A DNA stretch of 64,000 bases, taken from assembly GCF_032062105.1 (NCBI RefSeq), contig NW_026927985.1, positions 248,001 to 312,000 on the forward strand, written 5' to 3'. The translations under genes and the position numbers were made by a program. This document shows positions 40,301-52,410 of the stretch, one piece after another. The stretch comes from Saccostrea cucullata. Its lineage: Eukaryota. The notes below the pieces were generated by a model. It saw nothing but the letters and a program-made list of their open reading frames with translations, was not told where the DNA came from and did not search any database. Every line of letters starts with the position of its first letter. The first letter of the stretch is position 1.

Positions 40301-42350
40301 AAAGAAAACTGATAAACATGTTTATTTCAATTTGAAAAAAGTAACTTAAATTTTTTTGAGAGGAATAGCATTAATCAATGGAGGAAGGATAATTAAAAGT
40401 ACTTAACGAATCAATTAAACACATTAATTACATGTATGAGGTTTAAATGATTACTTATTGAAATAAACATGGTGTATTATAGGAGCAGACTCAGCAGCAG
40501 GCAGTACCACCTCCTACCCCGGTACACAGGGACCACCCCACAAAGACACCACCGGTCCCAGTACCACCTCCTACCCCGGTACACAGGGACCACCCCACAA
40601 AGACACCACCGGTCCCAGTACCCAGACAGGTATACCTGAGGCTCCAAGGTTCTCCTTGTATTTTTATCATTTGATGGTTATAACAGAAAACCTTGAAATC
40701 TGATAAGTTTAAAACTACACGTACATGTAGTTAAAAAAGCCACATTAGAAAATCTTTAAAAATCTTTTTCTTATATTACTTGATAATACTATATAACGTT
40801 TAAACAGTAGGACTTATGTTTTATAGCAGGAGCCACCCCAATTTCTGAGAAAATACTGGCGGAGAAACAGGGTTTGGAGGAGGGACATGGTGTGGGTAAG
40901 AAAGGTAAATATAGCACTCTTACAATTCTCCTCCCTAAATATGATTATAAAATTCTGTCAAATTTCTAACACTTTAATTAAAGTTGCAAGATAGAGGGTT
41001 GAAATAAATGATATATTAAGTTTTTTAAAGTCAGAAAATTTTCCACAACTTAAATAAAATAAAAACCGCAACAAAGCATAAACCGAGTCCGTACTGCAAT
41101 CGCGTACTTCTCCTGTATCAGCATCTTGGATCAGAGAGAAATTACGTGCAGGCAGTTGTGTGGAATTATGGGTAAAATGTCAAAAGGTAAATTATCATCA
41201 TTGTTATACAGTTATAGGAGTGTTAAATGTGAAGTATAGATGTATAACACATTTAAATTACCATATGGTACCTATACAGTATGCAGATATTCTCAAGTCA
41301 ATATCATCAATGAATTGAAGAGTCTGTTACACTTTCTTTACATTTATAAGGCAGGGGTAAAAATTTTTTTTAATCCATTTCTGATCATAATTATATGTTT
41401 TAAAAACAACTCTGGAAAAATCCCTTTATAGTAAATTTGTTTTAGTAGTGGTCAATTTTTAAAATAATTTTTTTCCAATTTCCTTTTAATAGCCCACATC
41501 AGAGCCAGAGACCCGTGCTGCTGATGAAGTACAAGTATGTATCTTCTATCATATATCTAATTATTGACATATCTGTAGTGTATCTTTCATCATACATTAA
41601 AATTGTTTGTTATTATCATCAGTTTTGATAACCTTATATAAATTATCATCTTTCTTTACACAGGATCCCATTTTGGTACCCTCTTCTGAGAAGACTGCAT
41701 CCTTGCCCACCACTGATAAGACTCTCGCTGAGGAGCAGAAGACTCCCACCACTGACAGGGCTCTCTCTGAGGGACAGGAGACTGTTACGGCTGGATCCTC
41801 CTCAGCCCCTGACCTCCCTCCAGATGATGGAGAGCCCTCCCCAGCTGCAGAAACTGATCCCACCCCTCCCTCTGTTGAACAAAAGACCATCACTGACAGG
41901 GTTGGTGCAATTATCAAATTCTCTTAAATTCAAATCAACCAAATTAAGTTTAAGAGAAGTTTTTGATATGTTTGAATTATGTAACCATTAATTTATTATC
42001 TGTCTAATTGTAAACAAATTAGAAATGACAATCATAACTGCCTAGTTTGAGGTACATGTATATGTGTCTTCAGTATAGTTGAACAATTTCTTTCTTATTC
42101 TAGAACCAGTCCACCCGGAAACGGAAGAGGTCCAGTGGTCCTTCTGCTCCCTCAAAGAGACAGAAGACTGCTTTGGTATTTTTATTTTTTGCATACTTTT
42201 AAAGCAATTTTCTTTACAAATCTATTGGAACATACAATCCATTAAATTATTTTTCTAACTTTTTTAATTATAATTCTTTTTTTGTAGTTTTCTCTGATGG
42301 AGATTGAGATGGAATGCCTGGAGCAGATGTTCGCTTCCCTCACCTTGTGA
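37383..42350 (+). CDS. Uncharacterised ~324-aa low-complexity protein with three Trp/Arg-rich exon modules, NLS and NES-like C-terminus
   Basis: Exons joined by phase-0 introns: 37383-37418 (MEPKVHRGKDKR, tentative start), 39315-39371 (weak GC donor), 39637-39708, 39825-39860, 39986-40051, 40179-40250, 40483-40629, 40830(40827)-40904, 41493-41534, 41664-41900, 42104-42175, 42288-42350 (TGA). They are GC-rich islands between AT-rich introns with pyrimidine-tract AG acceptors, and they join without stops. Confidence 0.8.
40502..40622 (+). repeat. 57-bp perfect tandem repeat x2.1 (VPPPTPVHRDHPTKTPPVP) within a coding exon
   Basis: Units start at 40502, 40559 and 40616. Confidence 0.9.
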
Positions 42351-43559
42351 TCTCCGCGGTATAGGAACTTTTACCTGTGTGGCTGTATTCTGATGTAAGG
42401 TGTTTGTGATTTGGGTTGGTATAGTTTTTCTGGGGTTTACAGATTGTCACACAGGTAAGTGATGCTATACTTCAATTTTTGTATATACTTGTACATAGTT
42501 TGTATTAAATCACTGTGAATAGTTTTGATATTACTGATTTCATACCCTGTTCTGATTTCTGTTTCTTTTCATTTTATTTTTTTCAACCAACTCTTTGCAT
42601 TCTCAGAATGCCTTACCTTTTTAGAAAATATTGTAAATAATTGCATGATTTTTCCAATAAATGTAAAAAGATCTTATCTTGTTGTTGTTGTGTTTTATAT
42701 TAAATGAAGGAGGCACATGGTTATATTATATGGTCAATGGCTTTGTAAAATACGACGATAACAAACAGTAAGGTCATTGAAACAATACAGAGCCCCAGCG
42801 GAACAAGCACAGATCTCTGAAAACAATCAGAAGTGGATTCAGGCGCCATAGGCAATAAAGCATCCTCTATCGCTCTTTATCATGATTTTGCAAACCGAAA
42901 ATTAGTGGACAATTCAGTGAAAAAACGTCAGTCAGCATTTAACTTAACGATAGATTACAAGTATATATGCTGCCAAGGTCTTTGCATTGACCAAAGAATT
43001 TGTGAAATGGTTACTTTGAATGAGACTGCTGGTGTCCCAGTTTCATTAACTGGTTTGTCAATAAGTTGTCTGTTCTAGGAATTTTCGAACGTTGATTGTG
43101 CTCTTGCCTATCGAATTAACTTGAGATAAAACTAGTGCTACAAATCAGGAGTCTGAATATATGACACACAGGACTGACAATCAACCAGGACCCAGTATGT
43201 CAGCCTTTGTCAGGAGAGGTGTTATTCAATGAATTCATACGGCCAACAGCCTACAGTTTTAATTTCAGGTGAAGGCAACACAATGAGTTAATTATTGAGT
43301 GCTGATGTTGATGACATTGTGAAAGGTTATCTATTAGATATGCCAAAACCACAGAGTTAGTCAAACGGAGGATGTGACCACTTAACAAGGGATGCTTACA
43401 ACTCCTAGGCACCCAACTCTGGGTTTTGCAAGGGTCCATATCTTATACCATCTTAACAGTATTGTTAAAACTATTGTTTTTGGAATTCTTGAGATCGATC
43501 ACATTTTGTTATCCACCTTTTTTTTTTATTGTGAACAGAAAATTCAAAGACAGATCACA

Positions 43560-44520
43560 TGAATAACCAAGTCAGTCACGATGATGGAAGCTGACTCCCT
43601 GGCTTGACTACATTCTGAGGCTTGCGCTGTAATAAATGGTAAAACAATGGTTAGATCCCATGAAGAGAGGTTCTCCCATCCTCACCAAAGATATATATAC
43701 TGTGTATAGCTAAAAGAATGAAGACAAAGAGCATCTGAGTCAATACTAGCCCTAGGTCACCTTATAAGACGACTTACAAAATCTGGCCTACCCAGCAGCA
43801 CCTGGTGATGTGCGAGAAACTCTGACCAAAGAGGCATTCACCGATGCCTTCAATTGGTAAATTTTACATGGAATTTTAATTGTTTATATGAGAGCACATC
43901 AAACAATCTTGTCAACAAATCCTGACCGAAGTCATCCGGCTAGATGTTTGATTATGCAGAGAGACGTAAGCAAATAACAAAAGGCCATTTGAGTGTCGGC
44001 ATAAGAACAATTATCCATACATCAATGAAATCTATGGATGCTTAAATGAATACCTTAATCAACGAGATCCAAGAACTGAAACTAAATCGGTCATTCAGTA
44101 GAGTCAATGACAAACAACTGAGGGGCAAATCTTGCGGGTTTTTTGTTGTTGTAATAAATGCAACAAAGAAGGCCACATAAATCGCCCTTGGTCAAAGCTG
44201 ACGAGATAATACTGTGAAAGTGAACACAGTGATGAAAAAGATGCAAAAGGGGTTAAGCAGACCAGTGCAAAGGAAATAGATCCCAAATAATGCCTGTCCG
44301 GGTGGATCAATTGATTCTTTGGATGAAACTGCATGGCATGTACATAGAGATCACTGTTAAATTCCTGGTTGAAACATTGTTGTTCTTAGAAATGTATAAC
44401 AAAAACTACATGCAGAGAACATCAGGCCAAAGCTGTCTGTTTGCTTAATGTTGATGAAGAAGCCACTTACCAGAGAACAGTATTTGGGCAATTCTCTTGA
44501 AGTGAAAGCGGGCGAGTCAG
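43560..44520 (+). mobile_element. Highly degraded Gypsy-like gag remnant
   Basis: Decayed CCHC knuckle CNKCNKEGHINRPW at ~44150-44191; many stops and frameshifts. Confidence 0.5.
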
Positions 44521-44923
44521 GAGAGGGGGGATGTTTAATTTAATGTTGATATATTGAATAAAACACTTAAAGGCATTAACACAAACTTCCAAAACTTTTC
44601 TTGATTTTTCGATTTTATATTTCTATCATAAAGATAGCAGATCCATTATGACGTCTCAGTGACGATTTCCATGCCTATCCTTGGTACTTCATTAAAAAAT
44701 TAACCGTTTTTTCATGTGTAAAGAATATAAAGGGAAACCATTTGGAAGTATGAAGACATGGACACATGATCCAGGCTGTAACATGACATGCTCCGTTGTG
44801 TATACTTTATACAACAGTCCAAGGATTTCAAAGTCTTATATTTAATACCATGTAATGGCATTCAGGCTAATTGTTTCTAAAACAAATGGTCAGAGTGGTT
44901 CGATCGCCGTTGGCTCGATAATG

Positions 44924-45576
44924 CCTTGGTCACATTTCCTGGCCGGTGGCCGTAGACCGTTGGTTATTGTGTGAGCGATGCCCCAACATCGGTCCAAATC
45001 GTCCTCGTAGTCCTTAAACTGTTAAAGTATCAGTCACATAATCCAGCGATGGGGTATACGATGGACAACCAATGCGTTTTTTTTTTTTTTTTATAAAAAT
45101 GGCGCGGTTACCGGCCGAACTTACAAAGGCCCAGTGATGCATTGCTTATCATAAAATTATGTTCCAGGGTAATCGGCCGATCTATATTACATCGCTCACA
45201 CATTGGTGAACATAGGTACATCGGTCGACTATGGGCCAATTTTTGGTCGAACATCGACGATGATCGGCCGATGTCTGTTGCCCACCACTCAACCCCCGAT
45301 GATCTCAGATTCAACGGATACTTGACGATGCTCGGCCATACATCGGCCAATCCTTGAAAGATGTGTTAACGACTGGTTGCCGATGAGGAGTGGTGTGGGG
45401 CATCGGTGGAGACATCGCTGGTTTTTAACTACAAAATATTTTCTACCGATGAACCCCACCGATTCGCCAAATGGCCTCAGTCACCGTCCGATTACTATAG
45501 GTTTCCGGCCGGCAACCACGCCATTTTTATCAAAATAACCCGTCGGTTTCTCATCGTATACCCCATCGCTGGATAA
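44924..45576. mobile_element. Non-autonomous DNA transposon fragment with long internal inverted repeats
   Basis: ATCCAGCGATGGGGTATACGATG...ATAAAAATGGCG (45041-45120) is inverted at 45500-45576; end GCCTTGGTCACA. Confidence 0.55.
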
Positions 45577-45699
45577 TGTTACTGATACTTTACAGAGCAC
45601 CTGGCTGCAGATTCAGGTCGGGCTCAAATTCCGGTCTAGTCCGTTGCAATTTTCTCCTCTCCCGTTACATTTTGGCCCTCTCCGTGACAGTTTTGTCAA

Positions 45700-47710
45700 T
45701 CTTATTTACTTTACCTATTCGTACAAGGAGATACACAAGGTATGGGCATCTTTCTTCCACTGGTGTCGGTCTGAGACTGCTCGGCGAACTGCGTTCCAGG
45801 AGCTCAGGTCTGCATTTTCCGCTCCACCTTCACCATCCTACGCCATATTGTCTTTAAATGACATCGGTTTACTCTTACCTCGGACGTCCAATCGAGAGCA
45901 ACAGCACAGTCATCTGTTGGATCCTTCCTTAGCACACGGTCGATTCAATTCCACCTCCTCCTCCTCCTTCTCAAGTGTTGACTATAAACAGTAAGAATGA
46001 ATACGGCCTGGCAATCGGAAAAGTAGAGTCGAAGAGGTGACAGCTTCACAAATCTTGGTGCCAATGTCACCAAGGACAGCGAAGATACTGCTTATAGCAA
46101 GAAAAAGGATAAAGCTGGCTCGATGTTATTCTTTTGGAATGGCAGTCTTCAGAAGGCAAGTCAACATCTGGCATCCCTTTCTTGATCTTCCTCTTTTCAT
46201 GTCTGGTCAAAGGTGTGTTTCAGTTCCTGACTGGTCTGATCGATGTCTGTCTTTGACATTTCTGCTGTTCTGTGATAAGCTTTATGGGGCCTTGCCATTC
46301 CTAAGTTGCTTTGCATCTGGGATTTTCTGTGAGTGGGTGTCATGACTGAGATGTCTTAATTGTTCCTCTCATGTTAGTCTTCTGGTAGTACTCTGGAGTG
46401 GTATTAGCTATTTAGCACTTCCACAAAGAGTTCCCTTCATTTGCATGGTAAATCTTTTTACTTAAAACATTGCCATTTAAATGTCCAAAAGTTACCTGGA
46501 GGAGTCCGATAATAACACAATGGGAGTTCAAGCATCCATTGTTTTCTACCCGTCTGATAAGTAGATAAAAGAAATGAGTGAACGGTAAAAAAAGTGAGTG
46601 AACTCTTGTTTCATTAATTTCATTCATTCAATGGCAGTCGTTTCGTTTAGCAGGACAGGGGTACGGTGGTGAAAGATTTTTTTGGGGAACATTTTTATTT
46701 ATGATGTGCATAAATTGACATTGATACTGACATAATTTTGGGTAATATTTTAACCATCATCATGGCAAGTAAAATGCGGATTTTTACCCTAGCTGAATTT
46801 TTAGCTAAGATAATGGAAATTCTCAGGTTTTGAAATTGTGGCCATCGGGGAACAAACATAAAAGGAGATTGCAGAATCTTTTTTTTCAGAAATGGATTTA
46901 AATTCGCTTATTCAAAAACTCTTTTAAAGAGTGAAAATTAATGTCGTGGAAGGTTTAAACTTGGAATTTTTCTCATGGATTTGCTATTTTGTACTGTGAT
47001 CAACTTAATTTCCTTGCGTTTGGTTTCCCTAATTTTTTTCCAAACATTTTTATTGGGGGTTTCTGGACATATTTAATCTTAATTTCACTCTTCTTTTTGC
47101 TTTTTAAATACCGTCCGATTTTGTTATCATTGCCGTCCGATAATATATTATCAGACTGGTAATTATTATTATCGGACGGCTACAGGTAAATTTTTAGACT
47201 GCAAGAACAAAGGCTTGACGTCACAGCAATGTTTTAAGTAAGATATATTCCTCATACTATTCTATATGTAAAATTATCAGACAGTTTTCGGCCCTAACGG
47301 GCCTCAAACAGTCTGATAATTTTACATATAGAACAGTATTCGGCATATATCCATTACTTATTTTCCAGCAGCTACGCATCATTGCTCTTCAATGCTTGTC
47401 TATTACTCTGCTCTGCCAGCTGCTTTACGGTGAATTGATAATACCCGGTATTTCTGCCTCTCGTTCTCGGCTGCTTTTTTACGCTAACTCATGTGTTCTC
47501 TGTCATCCAACTCCTTAATATCTTCTCTCACACTACCTGGACTGCATTGTCTTTCTCGCTGTAAGTTTCCCTCAATCTGACTCTCTTTTTGGTTTTCTGT
47601 TGTCTATCTTTGTCTTGATGTCTTTCCATCCATTTATCGTTGAAATTCTCACGTCTTGTTCCATCAATTCAACTCCTTATATAATTGGTCATTCTCTACC
47701 TCTTTCTTTT
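45700..47710 (-). mobile_element. Degraded RTE-clade LINE (3' end 45.7-46.45 kb; linker fragment 47.37-47.71 kb), interrupted by other elements
   Basis: Reverse strand encodes a decayed RRRWNW..VLRK.....AL.W.P.GK type RTE C-terminus followed by a GTAA-like tail. Confidence 0.65.
47235..47360. mobile_element. Palindromic MITE
   Basis: TAAGTAA...TTACTTA ends; TTCTATATGTAAAATTATCAGAC / GTCTGATAATTTTACATATAGAA arms. Confidence 0.75.
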
Positions 47711-49273
47711 AGACCGATACGGTGGCTCAGTTAATAGAGCACTCGATCCCTGGTCGAAAAGGTCGTTTGTTCGAAATTATGGCCACACCTTATCTATATA
47801 AGTCGATAAAAAATAGGTAGCAACTAGGGAATTTAACCCTTTCGCTGCCAATGTAAATTTTTGAATTGCCAAAAAACGTAACGTCACACGTAAATGACGT
47901 TACAATGGTCGTGACGTTATCAAAAATTGCGGGTTTATATGTTGTATCAATGACGTAAATCGCACCTGCGTTATAAACAGAGGAAGATCCTGTTTCAGCG
48001 CATAATCTGAGACAAAGTATTTCTTTATTTAAAGAATGAGACATTTCAAAAAAATTGTGTTGTCTGAAGATAACGTCATCTCCAACACGTACACGTGTGC
48101 GCGGTCGATTTCTTATTTTTAAAATTGATTTACGCACTGATTGATAATTTGGTTCATTTACTGTGAAGTATAGGTAGTGGAAAATGGATGTATTAAAGCC
48201 ATCAAAATTATTTCCGAATATGAATTGGTAAACTTTCCATTTTGCATACTGGTATGTATTTAGAATGTACGGAAGTTAAATATATTGTTTAAAAATAAAA
48301 GTACTCTGAACGCATTCCCTATGAATTTTTTTCTTAAAAAAATATATATATACCCCAACAAACTCGTTTACTTTATAAACCAGCTATAGTCTGAAACTCT
48401 ACACTGATAAGAAGACCGTGTAATATAGAGGTTAACACCTTAATTTAATATCAAGAAAATTAAAAACCTAAAACTTTATTGCTATATCTTATTGTTTAGA
48501 GAATTCAAATACTGTTAGGTTATTTTTGTCTTCCTGACACGCCAAACCTTTATGACATTAAATTTTTTGAAAATAAGTGTTTTCTAGGACATGTACGAAC
48601 TTTGAAAACTGAAAATCGGAAATAGAATAGTGCTCACTTTGCATGCCTCTATTCTATTCCCAAGTAAATTGTGAATGATTTACCTCAACCCTTATAAGTA
48701 TTGTTACTTTATTTTCATTCTGTATAGAGTACATGTACATATTAAACGTGAATGAATATACATGTACAAATGTACATTGCTTTTTGCTAGAATTTAAGCA
48801 TTATGAAACAATTACATAGTTACATGCGCATAGGAAGTGGATACATATTCTACATTTAACGTGTGCAGTGACAGATGTTCTTTCGTAATAATTTAATTTT
48901 GCTTGTATTTATGCCTCTCATTGGTTGATTTCCAAAAAGGAACGCATAACATTTTGTATAATCTGGTTTGGTATGGGGACACACCCCTTTGACAACCAGC
49001 ATAATCACCTGTATCCATCAATCCCCTCATTTCCAGTCCTTGGGATTCATGGAAAATTCCAGATTTAATGAATGTACCTTTAATTTCAAACAGTTGCTCG
49101 ATCTTACCTCATGTAAACAAGCATCATGGCTGCTAGATCTATCAGTTTTTACCTCCCCTCGCTTCCCATCACTTCCGTTACTACGGTTGTATTATTGCGC
49201 GGTAAATTTGAAGTCATAAAAAAAAAACACAATTTTACATCCCCAGTTGTTTAATTATTTTAAAATTAAATTA

Positions 49274-49435
49274 TAAGGAATGACTCTAATTCTTGGCCAA
49301 ATTATCGAGTATAATATGGTTTGGGTCAGTTAACGCTTTTTTATAATCCGCTTCGCGGATTATAAAGCGTAAACTGACCCAAACCATATTATACTCGATA
49401 ATTTGGCCAAGAATTAGGCCTAGAGTCATTCCTTA
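49274..49435. mobile_element. Near-perfect foldback MITE (~80-bp arms, TTC loop)
   Basis: TAAGGAATGACTCTAATTCTTGGCC...ATCCGC-TTC-GCGGAT...TAGAGTCATTCCTTA. Confidence 0.85.
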
Positions 49436-50030
49436 AATAACTTGAAAAAAAAGAAATAATGGTAAGCGTATTTTTTTTTTTTTCATTTTTAAAACATTTA
49501 ACGTGCTCTCTGGCCTCAAACAGCGGTCTGTCCTTGTATACAATTTACAATATTTTTAGAAATCGGTGGAAATCGAGTTTAGATTTTTTTTAGTGGGATA
49601 CGAGTCGGAAGCAACCAGCTTGAAAAACATATATTATGTACCGGGTATAAACATGTCTATTAATTGAGGGGAAAGGGGGGGGGGCTTGGTTTTTTTTTAA
49701 ATACACTCCTCATACTTTTGATGTGGGCTTTTTATTCCCAAAGGTTGGTTTTTTTGTTACTTTTATTATTTACATATAGATATTTAATAACTCAAATAGA
49801 ACACTTCAAAATGAGGGACCCCCCCCAAAAAAAAACAAAAAAAAACTCGACTCATACATCGTAAATAGTTTGTAAAACTTTACATCTCAGGTTACATGCA
49901 TGTAGTCCGTCAGCTTTGTATCCGATTCCATGCTTCTTTTTATACAAGATTAAACAAAAATTAAAATCAAAAATTTACAGATTCTATTACATAATTATAC
50001 AATACATATATACATTTTCTGTAAATTTTT

Positions 50031-50035
<5 letters not shown>

Positions 50036-50062
<27 letters not shown>

Positions 50063-50097
50063 AGTAGAGCAAGAGAGAGAGTGGAGAGAGAGAAGGG
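50036..50097 (+). repeat. (GA)n microsatellite
   Basis: Direct inspection. Confidence 0.9.
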
Positions 50098-50834
50098 ATA
50101 GTAAGATAGAAAAAATTACAAAAACAGATTCTTCCAGGGTTTCCAGGCTTCGTCAAAAGTCACCTGATTATTGTTCTTATATGCAATATACTTGGCATTT
50201 TTAGACGGATGGTCTACTCAAGCATAGATTAACAATAAATTTTGAAGCAGAACTGTAGCTCTCCGAAAAATATATATAGTGACAGGAGAGCTACAGTGCC
50301 ATTCATTGACAAAACTGTATATTTATTGCACACAAAAAAGTGCGCTGTTTGATTTATTTATCCATGTTTTTAAAACTGTTATCTCAAAATATTACAAACC
50401 GTGTTTTTCTAACATCTTCTTTCACTATTTCCACAACAAAACATTCCTTGTAATTGTTTTAATAGCCCTCCTAACCCTGAAATTGAGATTATCGAAAATT
50501 TAGCCCATTTATACTGCCATTTTGGTTTGCAAGATAATTCGGTCCAACACGCTTCGTACAAGTATCAACCACGAGAGTACTTGATACATGTAGATGAGCA
50601 AGGACTTTTTTTAATTCAACCCTGATTCCGAGTGTCCGAATATCAAGCGTTAACAAAAATTTAATTAAATGTACCGATCGTATTATGATTCAAAATAAAT
50701 ATTTTAAACATACACAAACTCATCCTAGTAAAATTTAAAAGAGACTTCCCAAAATTCCAATTCTTTTCGTATTTTGTATCTTAAAAATATTCACGGTAAC
50801 ATAATAAAAAAGAATTGGTGGTTTAATAAAACTA

Positions 50835-50942
50835 TAGCTGCAATTATGTAGCCCCTCCCCCAGGGTGTGGGGGGAGGGAGGGACCCTCTCCAAAAAATGT
50901 CAGATTTAAAAAAAATCGGAGAGGGCTACATAATTGCAGCTA
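50835..50942. mobile_element. 108-bp MITE
   Basis: 20-bp TIR TAGCTGCAATTATGTAGCCC / GGGCTACATAATTGCAGCTA. Confidence 0.8.
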
Positions 50943-52052
50943 AAATAAAACATGAACAGTTATTCAATAAATTGAGATTTAACATCCCCCTGATTTAACA
51001 CCCCCCTGAATTAAAGAAAAATACCCCCCTCCCAAAAATAAATTTTAAAAAATGCTCAATCACTTTATGCTATACTAATTTAACTGAGGGAACCAACACT
51101 TGAGAATTACTAAAAAAAAAGGCACTCACTAAGTTTAAAGCGTTATAATAATGTAATCAAAACCTTTCAAAATTAATCGGATGTTTTAGTAACTGTGTTT
51201 TTACTCTCTCTTTCTCTGAAATTGTATTTGTCTATAGATAATATGTTTTCAAAAGCACAACTACACACATGTACATATTCCATAATGTAAATGGAGCTCA
51301 CACGAGTAAGTAAGGAAAGGTCGATATTTTAAAAATCGAATATTTCGTAGCATGTACGCACTCTAACGGATGGGGGTTGGGGTGGGGATGGATCGAGTTT
51401 CACCCATTTAAAAAAAAAGTAATTTGCGATAATATAATACATGTATTTAGTTTAAATCTTTTAAACTGAAAGACGGCTGTCCCCTTGCCGTTTTTACTTT
51501 CTTCTTGAAGCCGACAACAATAGTGAGAATTATTAAAAATAATCACCTTTAATATATTGTTTTTTACTTCTTGTTTTTCATTTCTCTCCCCCCCCCCCCC
51601 CACCCCACCCCATTTTGCGTTTTAGGCAAGTTTCTACTGCAATTTTAGATATAGATTTTTAATAATTGTTTTATATTTACCTAGTCCCGAAGATATCATT
51701 TACCTGATGCATGATAAGCATTAATTCAAAGGGACAAATCAGAAAAATATATGACAACATTTTGTATTTTTTGTTCACGTAAACTTGATTTTGTATAGTC
51801 ATCATCAGAAGGAGACGCAATTTTTACTTCCCTAGCAAAAATCTAAATAATCTGTACTCCTGTTCAAATTGACACACTAGTGTAAGGAATATATTTAGGA
51901 TATATCCTACACAATGAAAATAGAAAGATCTAAAGAATTTTAACAAAATAAATTTAAAAAAAAAAACAATTTTTTTTCGAAAATCGATTGTCACATTCGT
52001 TTGCCATACATGTGTTTTTTTCTCATTAGAAATTTCAATAAAATTGTGTCAT

Positions 52053-52410
52053 TTATTATACCCCTCGCTTGAAAAGCGGGAGGGTATATAGTAATCGTTA
52101 ATTCCGTCCGTCTGTACGTCCGTCCGTCCGTCTGGCTGTCCGTCCGTCCGTCTGTCCGTCCGTCTGTTACGCTTTGGGGTACCCATCTCTTATCCGCAAC
52201 TCCTCTCATACCACTGAATGAAATTTGATGCAACTTTCACAGAATCTTTATTACATATTGCCATTGTGCACCTCCTATTTTACTTTTTGATCCGACACAT
52301 ATTTTGGGTTTCCCGGCCAAAGCAAAACATGGACTTTTTCACCAGTTATAACCATATGGGAGGCGGGGGGTATCATTTAGTGAGCTCATCGCTCACAGTA
52401 CCTCTAGTTT
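52053..52410 (+). mobile_element. Short Helentron-like (HINE-type) element; related partial copies at ~38070-38270 (+) and ~39055-39150 (-)
   Basis: TTATTATACCCCTCGCTTGAAAAGCGGGAGGGTATA hairpin, (CCGT)n, 3' GTGAGCTCATCGCTCACAGTACCTCTAGTT. Confidence 0.7.

Noticed and set aside
39637-40904. Trp modules resemble homeodomain helix 3 / penetratin (KVWFQNRRxKW) or WD40 ends
   Set aside because: The W-W spacing is 6 rather than 8, there is no WFxNRR, no helices 1-2, and no GH/WD periodicity.
41597-41917. 106-aa minus-strand ORF
   Set aside because: It is the antisense shadow of the plus-strand exon 41664-41900.
45108-46345. Several 70-116-aa ORFs
   Set aside because: They are antisense or off-frame readings of a TIR element and a decayed RTE LINE.
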